Positions 9,376-18,459 of a stretch of 64,000 nt of DNA are shown here, one piece after another. The notes below the pieces were generated by a model. That model saw only the letters and a program-made list of their open reading frames with translations. It had not been told where the DNA came from and searched no databases. This DNA is from a virus (lineage: Duplodnaviria; Caudoviricetes): IMG/VR virus record IMGVR_UViG_3300035070_003918, positions 1,462 to 65,461 of that record. One strand, given 5' to 3'. Position numbers and translations under genes: made by a program. Positions within the stretch are counted from its first letter, which is position 1, and each line of letters opens with the position of its first letter.

Positions 9376-9614
9376 CGCGGCACCTCGCCAGCAAGGATCG
9401 CGTCAGCGAGCGCAGATAGGTACCCGCGCTGCTCGCCGGGAACGACCGGCGAAGTTCGGAGCCAGTCCGCGATCCTCTTTCGCTCAGACGCCTCGATCTC
9501 CACGCGGTACTGGTCACCGAGGGCGTTGCACGCCGCGCACAGCTCCGCCGGCATCAGCGTCAGCCGCGCGGAGAGCACCACGGCCGGAGCGTCGCACTTC
9601 TCGCAGCGGGTCAC
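9372..9614 (-). CDS. Small Zn-finger protein with IADW module
   Basis: CEKC...CAAC; GTGA coupling. Confidence 0.55.
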   Translation of the reverse strand: MTRCEKCDAPAVVLSARLTLMPAELCAACNALGDQYRVEIEASERKRIADWLRTSPVVPGEQRGYLSALADAILAGEVPR

Positions 9615-9949
9615 TTCTTCCTCCAGTCGCCGCGCTCGATGGCCTCGGCGAGAGTCTCGGACGTCTCTACGCGCCCACGTCTGCGCTTTCGGATCCAGTC
9701 CGCGATGGCCTTCGACGTGCGCGCGTCTCGACTGTCCTCGCGGTCGCGAACATCGCTGTAGACGACATCGCCAGCTCCCTCGTCCTCGATAACCTCGATG
9801 TCGTCGACATCTCCGATCGAAAGGCTGCGAGCGCAGTGGTGACAGATCGACGCGTGCAGCTCGCCCTCGTCGATTGCCTCCTCGGGCGTGTCGGCCTCGA
9901 CGACCTGTGACACCGACGCGCCAACGTGGCCGATTACGAGATACTTCAC
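9611..9949 (-). CDS. Hypothetical protein with IADW module
   Basis: GTG at 9949 overlaps the upstream stop; CHHC. Confidence 0.55.
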   Translation of the reverse strand: MKYLVIGHVGASVSQVVEADTPEEAIDEGELHASICHHCARSLSIGDVDDIEVIEDEGAGDVVYSDVRDREDSRDARTSKAIADWIRKRRRGRVETSETLAEAIERGDWRKK

Positions 9950-10773
9950 TGGCCCCTCACTTTCGCCACGGCAGCGCGCATCTGCATGAGCGCGGTGAGC
10001 GCGAACGGCTTCAGCGGGTGCCCATCGAGGGATGCGTTCATCGCCTCGCACGCCGCCAGCAGCTCCGGCGCCGCAGCGATGAGGGCGCGGTCGCCTGGCG
10101 CGATCGACTCGGCGACGCAACGTCCGAGGTAGCCCACCTCGACGTGCTTGCGGCTCGCATCGTCGTCGCCAGCGTCGGCGTAGACATAGCCCTCGGTGTC
10201 GTTCACGCGCCACGGGCCAGGCGACGGTTCTGCCGTCGACACCGTCGACGCCACCAGCACGGCGAGGCCTGTGCGCTCGGCCGCCTCGTCGGTGTCGATG
10301 TCGATGCGCCAATCCGCGGTCGACTCGAGCCCGGTGCAGATGAGCCCAGCCGCTTCGAGCGCGCGCAGGTCATCATCAAGCTGGCCCTGCTCGTCATCCT
10401 CCAGCTCCAGGATGGTCGCCAGTTCATCCGTCGACCGGCAGAGCGGCGAGTCGCCGAGCAGCTGAGTCAGGATGTCGACGCGCCGCTCCACCGTCGACGT
10501 CGGGTCGCGCGGCCGCCCGGTCTGCCGGTGGTCACGCTCTTCGAGCGCCGCGATGACGAAGGAGACCGTGAAGTCGCGGTGGTCGCGGAGCCACCGCAGG
10601 ACGCGCTGCAGCTCGACCTCCTCGCCGGCGGTGAACCGGGCCGACGCCGTGAGGATGGCCGCCGCGGTCTTGTCGGGCGGGCTCAAGACGCCACCTCGAC
10701 CTTCCCGTCGGCAACGACGATCCGCGCGTCCGCCAGCTCCGTCTGCGGATGTCGTCAGGTCTTCGGTCTTCAC
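9946..10773 (-). CDS. Hypothetical protein (possible winged helix plus SPGPW...LIAAAPELL module)
   Basis: Coupled ORF containing a common phage module. Confidence 0.6.
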   Translation of the reverse strand: MKTEDLTTSADGAGGRADRRCRREGRGGVLSPPDKTAAAILTASARFTAGEEVELQRVLRWLRDHRDFTVSFVIAALEERDHRQTGRPRDPTSTVERRVDILTQLLGDSPLCRSTDELATILELEDDEQGQLDDDLRALEAAGLICTGLESTADWRIDIDTDEAAERTGLAVLVASTVSTAEPSPGPWRVNDTEGYVYADAGDDDASRKHVEVGYLGRCVAESIAPGDRALIAAAPELLAACEAMNASLDGHPLKPFALTALMQMRAAVAKVRGQ

Positions 10774-11369
10774 GCTGCCTTCTCCCATCGCCCCATGTCC
10801 AGGAGCGCGTAGTACACGCTGGCACAGGCCCTCGCGTCGCTCAGTGCGTCATGCGCTCCGGCCATCTTCTGGCCATAGAAGTGCTCGTACGCTTCCTCGA
10901 GCTTCGGCGGCTTGTGCTTGTCTCCGAACCCGCACTCCACCATTCGCGCGGTGGGTGGCAACTTGACCACCGAAGTGGCCTCTGTCATCGGGCAGCGAAC
11001 CTCTTTCGGCGCCGCCCACGGCGTCTTCGCCCGATAGAACTCGCACTCGAGCGCCAGCATGTCGAAGTCCGCGTTGTAGGCCACCACCACGTCGGCCACG
11101 CGGCTAAGGCGAATGAAGAGCCCGACGACCGCGGTGGGCGGCACCCCAACAGAGAGCGCAACCTCCGTCGTGATGCCGTGGACCTTGGCCGCACCATCGG
11201 GGATGACCACGCCCGGATTGACCACGAGCGACACCGAAGACACATCGCGTCGCTCCGAGTCGTGCAGCACCATCCCAACCTGGACGATGCGCGGCTGCTC
11301 TTGAGCGCTCGCCGGTCGCTCGCGGCGAACCAGTCCAGTCGTCTCTGTGTCGACGAAGAGGGTTCTCAC
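10770..11369 (-). CDS. DEDDh 3'-5' exonuclease (DnaQ-like)
   Basis: FVDTETTGL, VAYNADFD, AHDALSDA. Confidence 0.92.
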   Translation of the reverse strand: MRTLFVDTETTGLVRRERPASAQEQPRIVQVGMVLHDSERRDVSSVSLVVNPGVVIPDGAAKVHGITTEVALSVGVPPTAVVGLFIRLSRVADVVVAYNADFDMLALECEFYRAKTPWAAPKEVRCPMTEATSVVKLPPTARMVECGFGDKHKPPKLEEAYEHFYGQKMAGAHDALSDARACASVYYALLDMGRWEKAA

Positions 11370-11956
11370 GGCCTCCACCACCGCTCCTCGGCGCGAACAA
11401 ACTGGATGTCGTCGTCCGACGGCGTTCCGACGTCGTAGCCGAAGTCGTCGCCGGTCACGCTTCCGCTGGCACCACCACCGCCAGCCGTCGGCATGTGTCC
11501 GAGCGGGGTCCACCCATTGCGCTTTCGCTCCGCCCATCCGCGAGCTCGCGCCGCGTCGAGCCTCCCGTACTTCGCGAACCTCCTCCCGTCGTCGGTCCCC
11601 TTCTCCTCGTCCTTGTCGGCCATCCAGTCCTTCAGGTCGGCCAGGACCTCGAGATACTCCGGCGGGCACTCGCTCATGCGACACCCGGCGAAGCTCTCGC
11701 CCGTCCACCGCTTCGGGTCCTTCTTGACCGTCGGATCCCCGTACTGGCTGTCGAGGTCCCGCTCGCTCGCCACCTCGCCTCCGCCGCCGCGCTGGTTGCC
11801 ACCAGGAGAGGCTTTCGCGCCTCCTGTGGTGCCATTGCCGCCAGAGACGCTACGCCCCGCACAGAGGGCCATCAGCATGCCCTCCATGCGCGACACCCTC
11901 TCGTCGATGCTCTTGAGGGTCTTGAGCACCTCCGCGTTGTACGAGTCCGGGCTCAC
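11366..11956 (-). CDS. Hypothetical recombination-module protein with SSB-like acidic motif near the C-terminus
   Basis: Follows recT; Gly-rich linkers and DDDIQF. Confidence 0.65.
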   Translation of the reverse strand: MSPDSYNAEVLKTLKSIDERVSRMEGMLMALCAGRSVSGGNGTTGGAKASPGGNQRGGGGEVASERDLDSQYGDPTVKKDPKRWTGESFAGCRMSECPPEYLEVLADLKDWMADKDEEKGTDDGRRFAKYGRLDAARARGWAERKRNGWTPLGHMPTAGGGGASGSVTGDDFGYDVGTPSDDDIQFVRAEERWWRP

Positions 11957-12825
11957 GACGCCGCCCCGTCCACCTTCGTCGCGAGGCGGTCCTTCATGGC
12001 TTCCGTACGCGTCGCCGGCGCGACGGGTTGGGCTTGCCCGCTCGTGTCCTCGACGACGTCGCCGACCACGTCGATCACGTCGGAGAAGTCCGGGGTCCCA
12101 GACTCTGCGGCGGCCTGGAGCTGCAACGCCTGCGCGAAGCGCTCCTCGCTGCACGGCAGGTACTTCCCGTGCCTCCTTACCACCGTCTTGCGTGCCATCT
12201 CCGCGTAGTCCGTCCTCCAGGGCCCGTCGTCCTTCGCCTTCGACCTGTCGCGGATCGCGTTGATCTCGCCGATCGACATCCACTCGAACGTTGTCGCCCC
12301 CGTCTTGAGCTTCGCCACCGAGTACACCCCGATCATCTCCCCGCGGTCCGCCTCCAGACTCGGCGAGTGGTCGATCCTCGGGTCCGTCCCCATGTGGATC
12401 TCGAAGGCGTCGCGCGAGTACACCACGCGGCTCTCGATGCTCTGCACCTCGCCCGACTGCACCGCGAGACGGATGAGACCGCGATACCCAGGGATGAGCT
12501 GGCACGTCCCCTTGAACGGCACCAAGTACGACAGCCCGAGCGGCGTGTTCGGCGGCAGCCCCAGCGCGCACGCTTGCGCCACCGACATCACGATCGACCC
12601 GGGGTCACACGCGATCAACTCCGGCGTCTTCGACACCGCGGCCATCACCGACCGCAGCATCACGTCCGGCTTGATGTGGCTCGGCAGCAGCGCGGCCCAT
12701 GAGGGCCTCGCCTTCACGAGCAGGGCCTCGATGTTCTTCCTCTTGTCCGCCGCGCTCATCACGAGCGCCGTGTTGCGGTTGCCGTTGGTTCCGTTCGCCC
12801 GCTGCTGATTCTGATCGTTGCTCAC
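11953..12825 (-). CDS. recT: RecT-family single-strand annealing protein
   Basis: LGLPPN..LG.SYLVPF, QLIPGYRGLIRLA, GPW.TDYAEMARKTV. Confidence 0.95.
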   Translation of the reverse strand: MSNDQNQQRANGTNGNRNTALVMSAADKRKNIEALLVKARPSWAALLPSHIKPDVMLRSVMAAVSKTPELIACDPGSIVMSVAQACALGLPPNTPLGLSYLVPFKGTCQLIPGYRGLIRLAVQSGEVQSIESRVVYSRDAFEIHMGTDPRIDHSPSLEADRGEMIGVYSVAKLKTGATTFEWMSIGEINAIRDRSKAKDDGPWRTDYAEMARKTVVRRHGKYLPCSEERFAQALQLQAAAESGTPDFSDVIDVVGDVVEDTSGQAQPVAPATRTEAMKDRLATKVDGAAS

Positions 12826-13691
12826 GCTGCCTTCTCCTTCCGAGGCGTCACGCGAAGCACGCGCGCCCCGGTCTTGTTTGCCTTCCACGTCGCCTTGCCC
12901 CACTCACCCTCGATGCCCTCGGCGTCGCCGATCAGCTCGCAGAGTTTGTTGCTGGCCAGGCCCTTCTCTCGCTCCCAGTTGTCGATCGCCTTGTCGGCCT
13001 CGAACCGACGCAGTGCCCACTCGGTGGCCTCCGCCGGCGCGGGCTTGAGCGGCGTCCGGTTGAAGCCGTACACCTCGCGCAACACTCGTCGCGCCGAGTC
13101 CGTGTGATCGATCGGCGGCGCCTCCTGCCTCTCCACCAGACCCCAGAACGCCTCCGCGAGCTTCACCAGGTTCGCGTACAGCTCCGGCTCGAATCGCAAC
13201 TCGTAGATGCGCTTCGGTCCTCCGTCGAGGAAGCACACCGCCACGTCGCACCGCTCCTCCTCGCACACGCCCATCTGCCACTGGCACTGGAGCATCACGT
13301 ACGGCGGCACACCGTCCGCCTCGAGCTCGGACCAGTGATGCTTCACACGCCACCCGACGGCCTTGATCTCCACGAGCCGAGCGTCAGCGTCCGGAGCGAT
13401 CACGGTGTAGTCGGGGGACGCCACCGCGATCGGGCTCGTCTTCGCTCTCACGGTGCGCCCGTGCTTCCTCACCTGCCGCCCGGTGACCTCGCCGTACCAT
13501 TGCGCGATTGGAGCCTCGAGCATGTTGCCAAGCCACACCGCGTCCTCGTTCACGCTCTCGTCCGATAGCCCGAGCTTCTTCAGCCACACGTCATGTGGCG
13601 TCCGGTAAGGGTGCTCGCCGACCACCGCAGCGATCTCCGAGCTTCCGATCCCCATCGATCGGATCGTGTGCTGGCGCGCCGTCAGAGACAC
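12822..13691 (-). CDS. YqaJ/lambda-exonuclease family recombination nuclease
   Basis: GIGSSEIAAV, ASPD, LVEIK, YVMLQCQWQM; adjacent to recT. Confidence 0.92.
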   Translation of the reverse strand: MSLTARQHTIRSMGIGSSEIAAVVGEHPYRTPHDVWLKKLGLSDESVNEDAVWLGNMLEAPIAQWYGEVTGRQVRKHGRTVRAKTSPIAVASPDYTVIAPDADARLVEIKAVGWRVKHHWSELEADGVPPYVMLQCQWQMGVCEEERCDVAVCFLDGGPKRIYELRFEPELYANLVKLAEAFWGLVERQEAPPIDHTDSARRVLREVYGFNRTPLKPAPAEATEWALRRFEADKAIDNWEREKGLASNKLCELIGDAEGIEGEWGKATWKANKTGARVLRVTPRKEKAA

Positions 13692-14113
13692 GGGAACGCC
13701 TCGCTCCCGTACCCGTACACGGCCATCGTCTCGAGCGGCCGCGGTCGCCACGCGCTGGCCTCGTGAGCCATCGCGACCAGATCGGACGCAGCATCCTCCG
13801 ACGTCCGATCGACACCGAGCGCGGTCATCGCCTCACCGATCAAGTCGCGCTGCCGCTGCACGGTGGCTCTCGTGTTCGTGAGCGCCTCGCGCAGTGCCTG
13901 GATCTCGACCTCGGTGCTCATGGCCACGTCGAGCAGCATCGAGACGAGCTGCTCGTGCCGCTCCAGGTCCTCGATGAGCCGCGCTGCCACTTCGGCCGGC
14001 GTACCCTCGGGGGCGCACACACTGATACCGAGCGCCGCGCACGTGGCATCGCGCTCGGCGACCAGGTCGCGGAGGAAGATGGTCGTCTCCTCGGCCACGG
14101 TGGGGGCGGCCAT
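13682..14113 (-). CDS. Hypothetical coiled-coil protein
   Basis: ORF in the gene chain. Confidence 0.55.
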   Translation of the reverse strand: MAAPTVAEETTIFLRDLVAERDATCAALGISVCAPEGTPAEVAARLIEDLERHEQLVSMLLDVAMSTEVEIQALREALTNTRATVQRQRDLIGEAMTALGVDRTSEDAASDLVAMAHEASAWRPRPLETMAVYGYGSEAFPCL

Positions 14114-14358
14114 CACGCCCTCCCCACGAAGGCGCGCACAGGGCGCCGCACGCCCCACGTGACGACCACGCGCCCGCGACGACACCGGGGCACCGCGCGA
14201 CGCATGCGCTCGTGCACAGCCACCCGCGCGGCGTGCGACAGGTGCCGCTCGTCCACCGCGCACAGCACGCCTCGCTGATAGAGGTCGAGCGCTTGCTCCA
14301 CCGTCAGCGATTGCGGGTGCACCATCACACCATCAGCCGTCTCGTACAGGTTGATCAT
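14113..14358 (-). CDS. Hypothetical protein
   Basis: GAGGAGG RBS before the ATG. Confidence 0.6.
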   Translation of the reverse strand: MINLYETADGVMVHPQSLTVEQALDLYQRGVLCAVDERHLSHAARVAVHERMRRAVPRCRRGRVVVTWGVRRPVRAFVGRA

Positions 14359-14370
14359 GGGTTCCTCCTC

Positions 14371-15234
14371 TCACGCAATGGCGAGGTCGCTCTCGCCGGC
14401 CTCTGTCGGTCGCATCCGCGCACCGCCCGCGATCTCGTTGAAGCGCTTGAGCAGGTCGAGGCGCTTGAAGCGCAGATGGATCGAGCGGTTCTTGAAGCAC
14501 CGGAACTCCACCAGCCACGTCTCGCCGACGCCCTGGCCGATCGCGCACTTCTCGATCTCCGTCTGCAGCTCGCTCTGGTGGCTCTTCAACTCTCCGCGCC
14601 CGTCGAGCGCGCCGAAGACGTTCTCCAGAGCGATGAGCCGCTGGCTCATGCTCGAGCCCGACCAGCCGTAGCCGTAGGACACGTGGAAGCGCCCATTGAA
14701 GTGGCTCTCCACGGCACCGGGAAGCGCCACGCGCTCGGGGACCTCGAGCTCGCTGTTGCGCTTGTAGCGCTTGCCCTCGCAGGACCGCGGCCTCAGCCAC
14801 GAAAACACCTCCTGGACCGACTCACGGAACATGTTGGGCAACCCGCGCCGCACCTGCCGCGCGTACGAGAACACGGCCTCGTGGGTGATCTCCGGCACGT
14901 CGTCGCCCTTCAGGCTCTTCTGGAGCTTCTCCCACGCCTCCACGCTCATGAGGCGGCGGATCTCGAGCCGAGCGATGATGTGGTGCCACATGGCCCGGCG
15001 CACATCGAGGATCGCGACCTCGGCCGCGTCCGTGTCGATGGTGTGGTGACCGCCGTAGCGCGAGGCGCGCAACGTCGTCCGCTCTCCGGCCCTACCGTCC
15101 AGGTGGCACGCCGTGTCGACTGTCCTGGTCGCCTGCTCAAGCAGCGCGAAGCCGGCGATGATGTCGGCCCTCGCGCTCTCGTAGGCGCTCACGAGGGCGT
15201 CGACGCTGGCGTGGGTGACGATCGCGTTGCTCAC
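14371..15234 (-). CDS. DUF4942-like protein
   Basis: C-terminal FRCFKNRSIHLRFKRLDLLKRFN motif. Confidence 0.75.
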   Translation of the reverse strand: MSNAIVTHASVDALVSAYESARADIIAGFALLEQATRTVDTACHLDGRAGERTTLRASRYGGHHTIDTDAAEVAILDVRRAMWHHIIARLEIRRLMSVEAWEKLQKSLKGDDVPEITHEAVFSYARQVRRGLPNMFRESVQEVFSWLRPRSCEGKRYKRNSELEVPERVALPGAVESHFNGRFHVSYGYGWSGSSMSQRLIALENVFGALDGRGELKSHQSELQTEIEKCAIGQGVGETWLVEFRCFKNRSIHLRFKRLDLLKRFNEIAGGARMRPTEAGESDLAIA

Positions 15235-15734
15235 GCCTCACCTCCGAACCCCATCAAGTCACCGAGCACCGACCGCGGCGGCTCTTGCTCCGCCACGAAC
15301 TCCTCCACCTGAGCGGCGTACCGCGACCGATCGAGGTACACCGGGCAGGACCGCGACCGCACGAGCGACAGCCGCGCCAGGTCTTCCCACGTCGGCCGCG
15401 TGCGCCCCCTCGTGGCCTCGAGCAGCGCGCGAGACGGCACAGCCAGCCGCGAGCTCACGATGGCGCGCTGATAGCGCTTGTCCTCATTGAGCGCGTACAT
15501 GATGCCTCCGGCCAGGTGCGTGACGGTCGTGCGGATCGTCAGCTCCCCGGCCCGCACGAGCCGAGCGATCGTGTCTTCGGCGACGGAGTAGGGGTGCTCG
15601 TCGCGGCTCGCTGCCGCCAGCGCCGAGGCGACCGCGAGACCGACCGTGACGCACTCGCGCCACGTGGCGAGCCCACCACGCCGCAGCGTCCACCCGATGA
15701 CGGCCGCGCGGTGACGCAGGGTGGTGGTCTTCAT
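15231..15734 (-). CDS. Hypothetical protein
   Basis: ATGA-coupled; GGAGG RBS. Confidence 0.55.
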   Translation of the reverse strand: MKTTTLRHRAAVIGWTLRRGGLATWRECVTVGLAVASALAAASRDEHPYSVAEDTIARLVRAGELTIRTTVTHLAGGIMYALNEDKRYQRAIVSSRLAVPSRALLEATRGRTRPTWEDLARLSLVRSRSCPVYLDRSRYAAQVEEFVAEQEPPRSVLGDLMGFGGEA

Positions 15735-16090
15735 GGCATCACCTCCAGCGCGTAGCGGAACGACTCGACGATCTCTTGGCTCGTCTTGGGGCTCGCGTGC
15801 TGCACCGGGACGGCGTGCGTCACCGCGTCGATCACGCGGCCGATTGCGGTGTCGACGGCGTCGTCCCAGTCGCGGCAGTTGTCCTCGAGTTGCTCCTCGG
15901 CGTACCCGCAGTCGTTCTTGCGCACTCGCTCGGCGTACGCCTCCAGCATCGGCAGCGTCAGCGTGTCCTCGTCGGGGAGCAGGCTGTCGTGCATCGCGTC
16001 GAGCAGGTATCTCTCGACCCAGTCGGCGAAGGGTCCGGTGGACCCGTACGAGCGCCAGTCGAGGAGGATCGTGTCCTGGTAGTCGATCAT
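15731..16090 (-). CDS. Acidic hypothetical protein
   Basis: MIDYQDTILL...; coupled. Confidence 0.55.
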   Translation of the reverse strand: MIDYQDTILLDWRSYGSTGPFADWVERYLLDAMHDSLLPDEDTLTLPMLEAYAERVRKNDCGYAEEQLEDNCRDWDDAVDTAIGRVIDAVTHAVPVQHASPKTSQEIVESFRYALEVMP

Positions 16091-16377
16091 CGCGCACCCC
16101 CAACAGCCACGCTCGCGACGAGCACGGCCGGCAGCACCGCGGCCTGACACGAGGCGCAGACGTGACGGCCAAAGCCGTGAGAGCACGTTCGGCACACCGA
16201 GCGCGCGTCGTCGCCCGCGGCCAACGCCTCGTCGATCGAGTCGTATGGCCCACCGACGTGCGACGGGTGCGCCTTCGCCCATCGCACAGACTCGGCCGCG
16301 CGAGGCGACGAGAAGATCGCCGTCCTGTTGTCGACCGCGACCCAGTACCAGAATCGATCGGGCTTGCTCATGATCAC
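16087..16377 (-). CDS. Small Cys-containing protein
   Basis: CRTC...CASC; coupled. Confidence 0.5.
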   Translation of the reverse strand: MIMSKPDRFWYWVAVDNRTAIFSSPRAAESVRWAKAHPSHVGGPYDSIDEALAAGDDARSVCRTCSHGFGRHVCASCQAAVLPAVLVASVAVGGAR

Positions 16378-16757
16378 TCCGCCGCGACGGGCAGCGCCGT
16401 CGCCTCAAGGGCCTCACGCGAGAGCACGAACGCCGGCCGCTCATGCATCCGGCCGCGACCGCCGCACTCCTCGCAGGCATCGCAGCGCGAGCGCGGCGCG
16501 TAGCGGTTGCCGAGCTGGAGCTCGACCACGCCCTGGCCCCAGCACTCGGGGCACTCGCTCACCGTCTCGTAGGCCTCGCCGAGCGCCCGCACGATGCGTG
16601 CGACACCGGCGGTGTCCACGTCGCTCAGCGAACAGTCGAGGTAGTCGCGGCAGAAGTCCGCGACGAAGAGCGTGTCTTCGTCCGCCCACAGCTCCTCGCG
16701 GACGTAGTCGTTCGCGAGGGTCTGAAGCGCTGCAGGGAGTGCCGTCGTCGTGCTCAC
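16374..16757 (-). CDS. First gene of the leftward operon, DnaJ-type CxxCxGxG zinc finger
   Basis: CPECWGQG...CEECGGRG; GTG lies 7 nt after the -10 box (probably leaderless). Confidence 0.65.
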   Translation of the reverse strand: MSTTTALPAALQTLANDYVREELWADEDTLFVADFCRDYLDCSLSDVDTAGVARIVRALGEAYETVSECPECWGQGVVELQLGNRYAPRSRCDACEECGGRGRMHERPAFVLSREALEATALPVAAE

Positions 16758-16764
16758 GAGAGAC

Positions 16765-16793
16765 AAGGTAGCGCTAGCGCTAGCGCTAGTCAA
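16765..16793 (-). promoter_or_regulatory. Leftward promoter (PL-like) with an operator in the spacer
   Basis: Minus strand TTGACT-17 nt-TACCTT; the spacer is the CTAGCG repeat palindrome. Confidence 0.8.
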
Positions 16794-16872
16794 CTTGCCC
16801 ACGGACGATTTTCTGACCTGAGGCTTTTTGTCCTCATCCCCCTTACGTCACGTGCCGGTGCAGAATGCGGGC

Positions 16873-17466
16873 ATGGACCTCACGGGGGTGGGACTGGAGA
16901 TGCTTCGCTTGGCCGGCGCGCCGCCATCGGTGGCACCCAACGCCGCGCGCTTAGCCGCCGCGCTCGTCGGCCCCGACTGCCTGCGTCTCGTCGGTCATCT
17001 GCCCGACGGTGGAGACGTGGACGGAGACAGGATCGCGATCTCCCGCGACAGCGCAGAGCGGATGAATTTCGCCGTGGCTCGGATGCTGGCTCGTCGCGAG
17101 CTTCGGCGCCGCGGAGCGTGGGACGATCAGTCGGAGCGGAGACTCGGGGCCTTCCTCGTCGCTCCAACCCCAGTTGTCGAGGCGGTGCTGTCTGTCGAGG
17201 GCGCAGACGTGCCCGAGCTCGCCTCCACGTGCGTCATCACGCAGACGTGCGCGGCGATGCGCTTCGTCGAGGTCGGGGCTCTCGACGGCGCCGTCATCAC
17301 CCCGCACCGCGTCTACCGGCCCGGGCGCCTGCTCCGCTGGGTCTCCGACGACCAGGCCCGTGCCATCGCGCGCTCGCGCCGGCAGCCGTCGGTGCGACGC
17401 GTCGCGATCACCGACGAGCCGGGCCGCGTGGCGCTCTTCAGCGCGTCTGTGCGACCGCCGACATGA
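16873..17466 (+). CDS. ImmA/IrrE-like protein lacking HExxH
   Basis: RMNFAVA(RMLARR) where R.RFT.AHELGH is expected, followed by E..GAFLVAP and ELA; located in the immunity region. Confidence 0.55.
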   Translation: MDLTGVGLEMLRLAGAPPSVAPNAARLAAALVGPDCLRLVGHLPDGGDVDGDRIAISRDSAERMNFAVARMLARRELRRRGAWDDQSERRLGAFLVAPTPVVEAVLSVEGADVPELASTCVITQTCAAMRFVEVGALDGAVITPHRVYRPGRLLRWVSDDQARAIARSRRQPSVRRVAITDEPGRVALFSASVRPPT

Positions 17467-17848
17467 TCGCCGCCGCCGCCGCGTCCGCCCACGCCTTGGC
17501 GCCCGGATTGCCGAGCACCACCTCACCACCGACGGTCGTCGCGACGACCTGGTGAACGCGACCGAACAACGACCCGAGCAGCACGAGCAGCGTGCACACG
17601 CCGACGAGCGACGCCATCCCGCCCACCATCATCACAGGCTCGGATCGCGCCACCATCGCCTCGTTTGCCACGCAGCTGCCGCCACCGGTCATGAGAAGCG
17701 CGAACAGCCAGGTGCCGACGCCGTACCGCATCTTCTCCACGACCCGCACCCCGGTCACCGACGACAGCATCAGCGAAGCGCCATCGATCATGATCAGCGA
17801 CGGGGTAATCGTGACGCGCTCTGCCTTGAAGAGAACCTCCTCAGTCAC
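17438..17848 (-). CDS. Two-TM membrane protein (DUF6232-like)
   Basis: Beta-rich N-terminus (VTITPSLIMIDG) plus two hydrophobic helices. Confidence 0.6.
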   Translation of the reverse strand: MTEEVLFKAERVTITPSLIMIDGASLMLSSVTGVRVVEKMRYGVGTWLFALLMTGGGSCVANEAMVARSEPVMMVGGMASLVGVCTLLVLLGSLFGRVHQVVATTVGGEVVLGNPGAKAWADAAAAAIMSAVAQTR

Positions 17849-18459
17849 GGCTCGATCTCGACCGTGGCAGCGACGAACGAGCTCGCCGGGATCTCCGCCC
17901 CACCGATGATGGCGTTGGCCGTCGGCCCGATGTCGATGCAATCCGCCCCCGCCTTCGTGTACGTGGTGCCCGCGTACGGGCCCGCGACCGGGAACACGCG
18001 CACCGAGTCCCAACACGAGCCCGTCTGGGTCAGCAAGTGCGTTGGCAGCCCGCACGTGCCGTTGCTCGTGCCCACCGGGATCGTGCACGCCGCGTCGGCC
18101 CAGATCGTCGCGAACGCGTAGTTGACCGGCAGGCATCGCTGCTGGCCGTCGGACGCGCCACGCCACGCGCAGTCGATCCCGAGCTGCGAGTCGTAAAGCC
18201 CAGACGGAGTACGCGACCCGTCCGCGCCCACGAGCGTCTTGGCCTTGATCCGCTCCCCGCTCTCGAAGCCGCCGCCCGGGGTGCTCCCGCCGGTCGAGCT
18301 CGATCCGCCAGCATCCCCGCCGCCGGTCGCGCCCTCTCCGCCGTTCCCGCCCATCGAGTTCGCGGTGCTCGCCCCGGTTCCTCCGCTCGGGTCGGGCCCG
18401 ATCTCGTCCGAGCAACCTGCCAGCACCACCACCAACCCCACCATCGCCCAGCTCTTCAT
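17845..18459 (-). CDS. Lipoprotein with Gly-rich linker and Cys-rich domain
   Basis: Lipobox LAGC after a hydrophobic stretch; ESGERIKA...DGQQRCLP. Confidence 0.8.
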   Translation of the reverse strand: MKSWAMVGLVVVLAGCSDEIGPDPSGGTGASTANSMGGNGGEGATGGGDAGGSSSTGGSTPGGGFESGERIKAKTLVGADGSRTPSGLYDSQLGIDCAWRGASDGQQRCLPVNYAFATIWADAACTIPVGTSNGTCGLPTHLLTQTGSCWDSVRVFPVAGPYAGTTYTKAGADCIDIGPTANAIIGGAEIPASSFVAATVEIEP

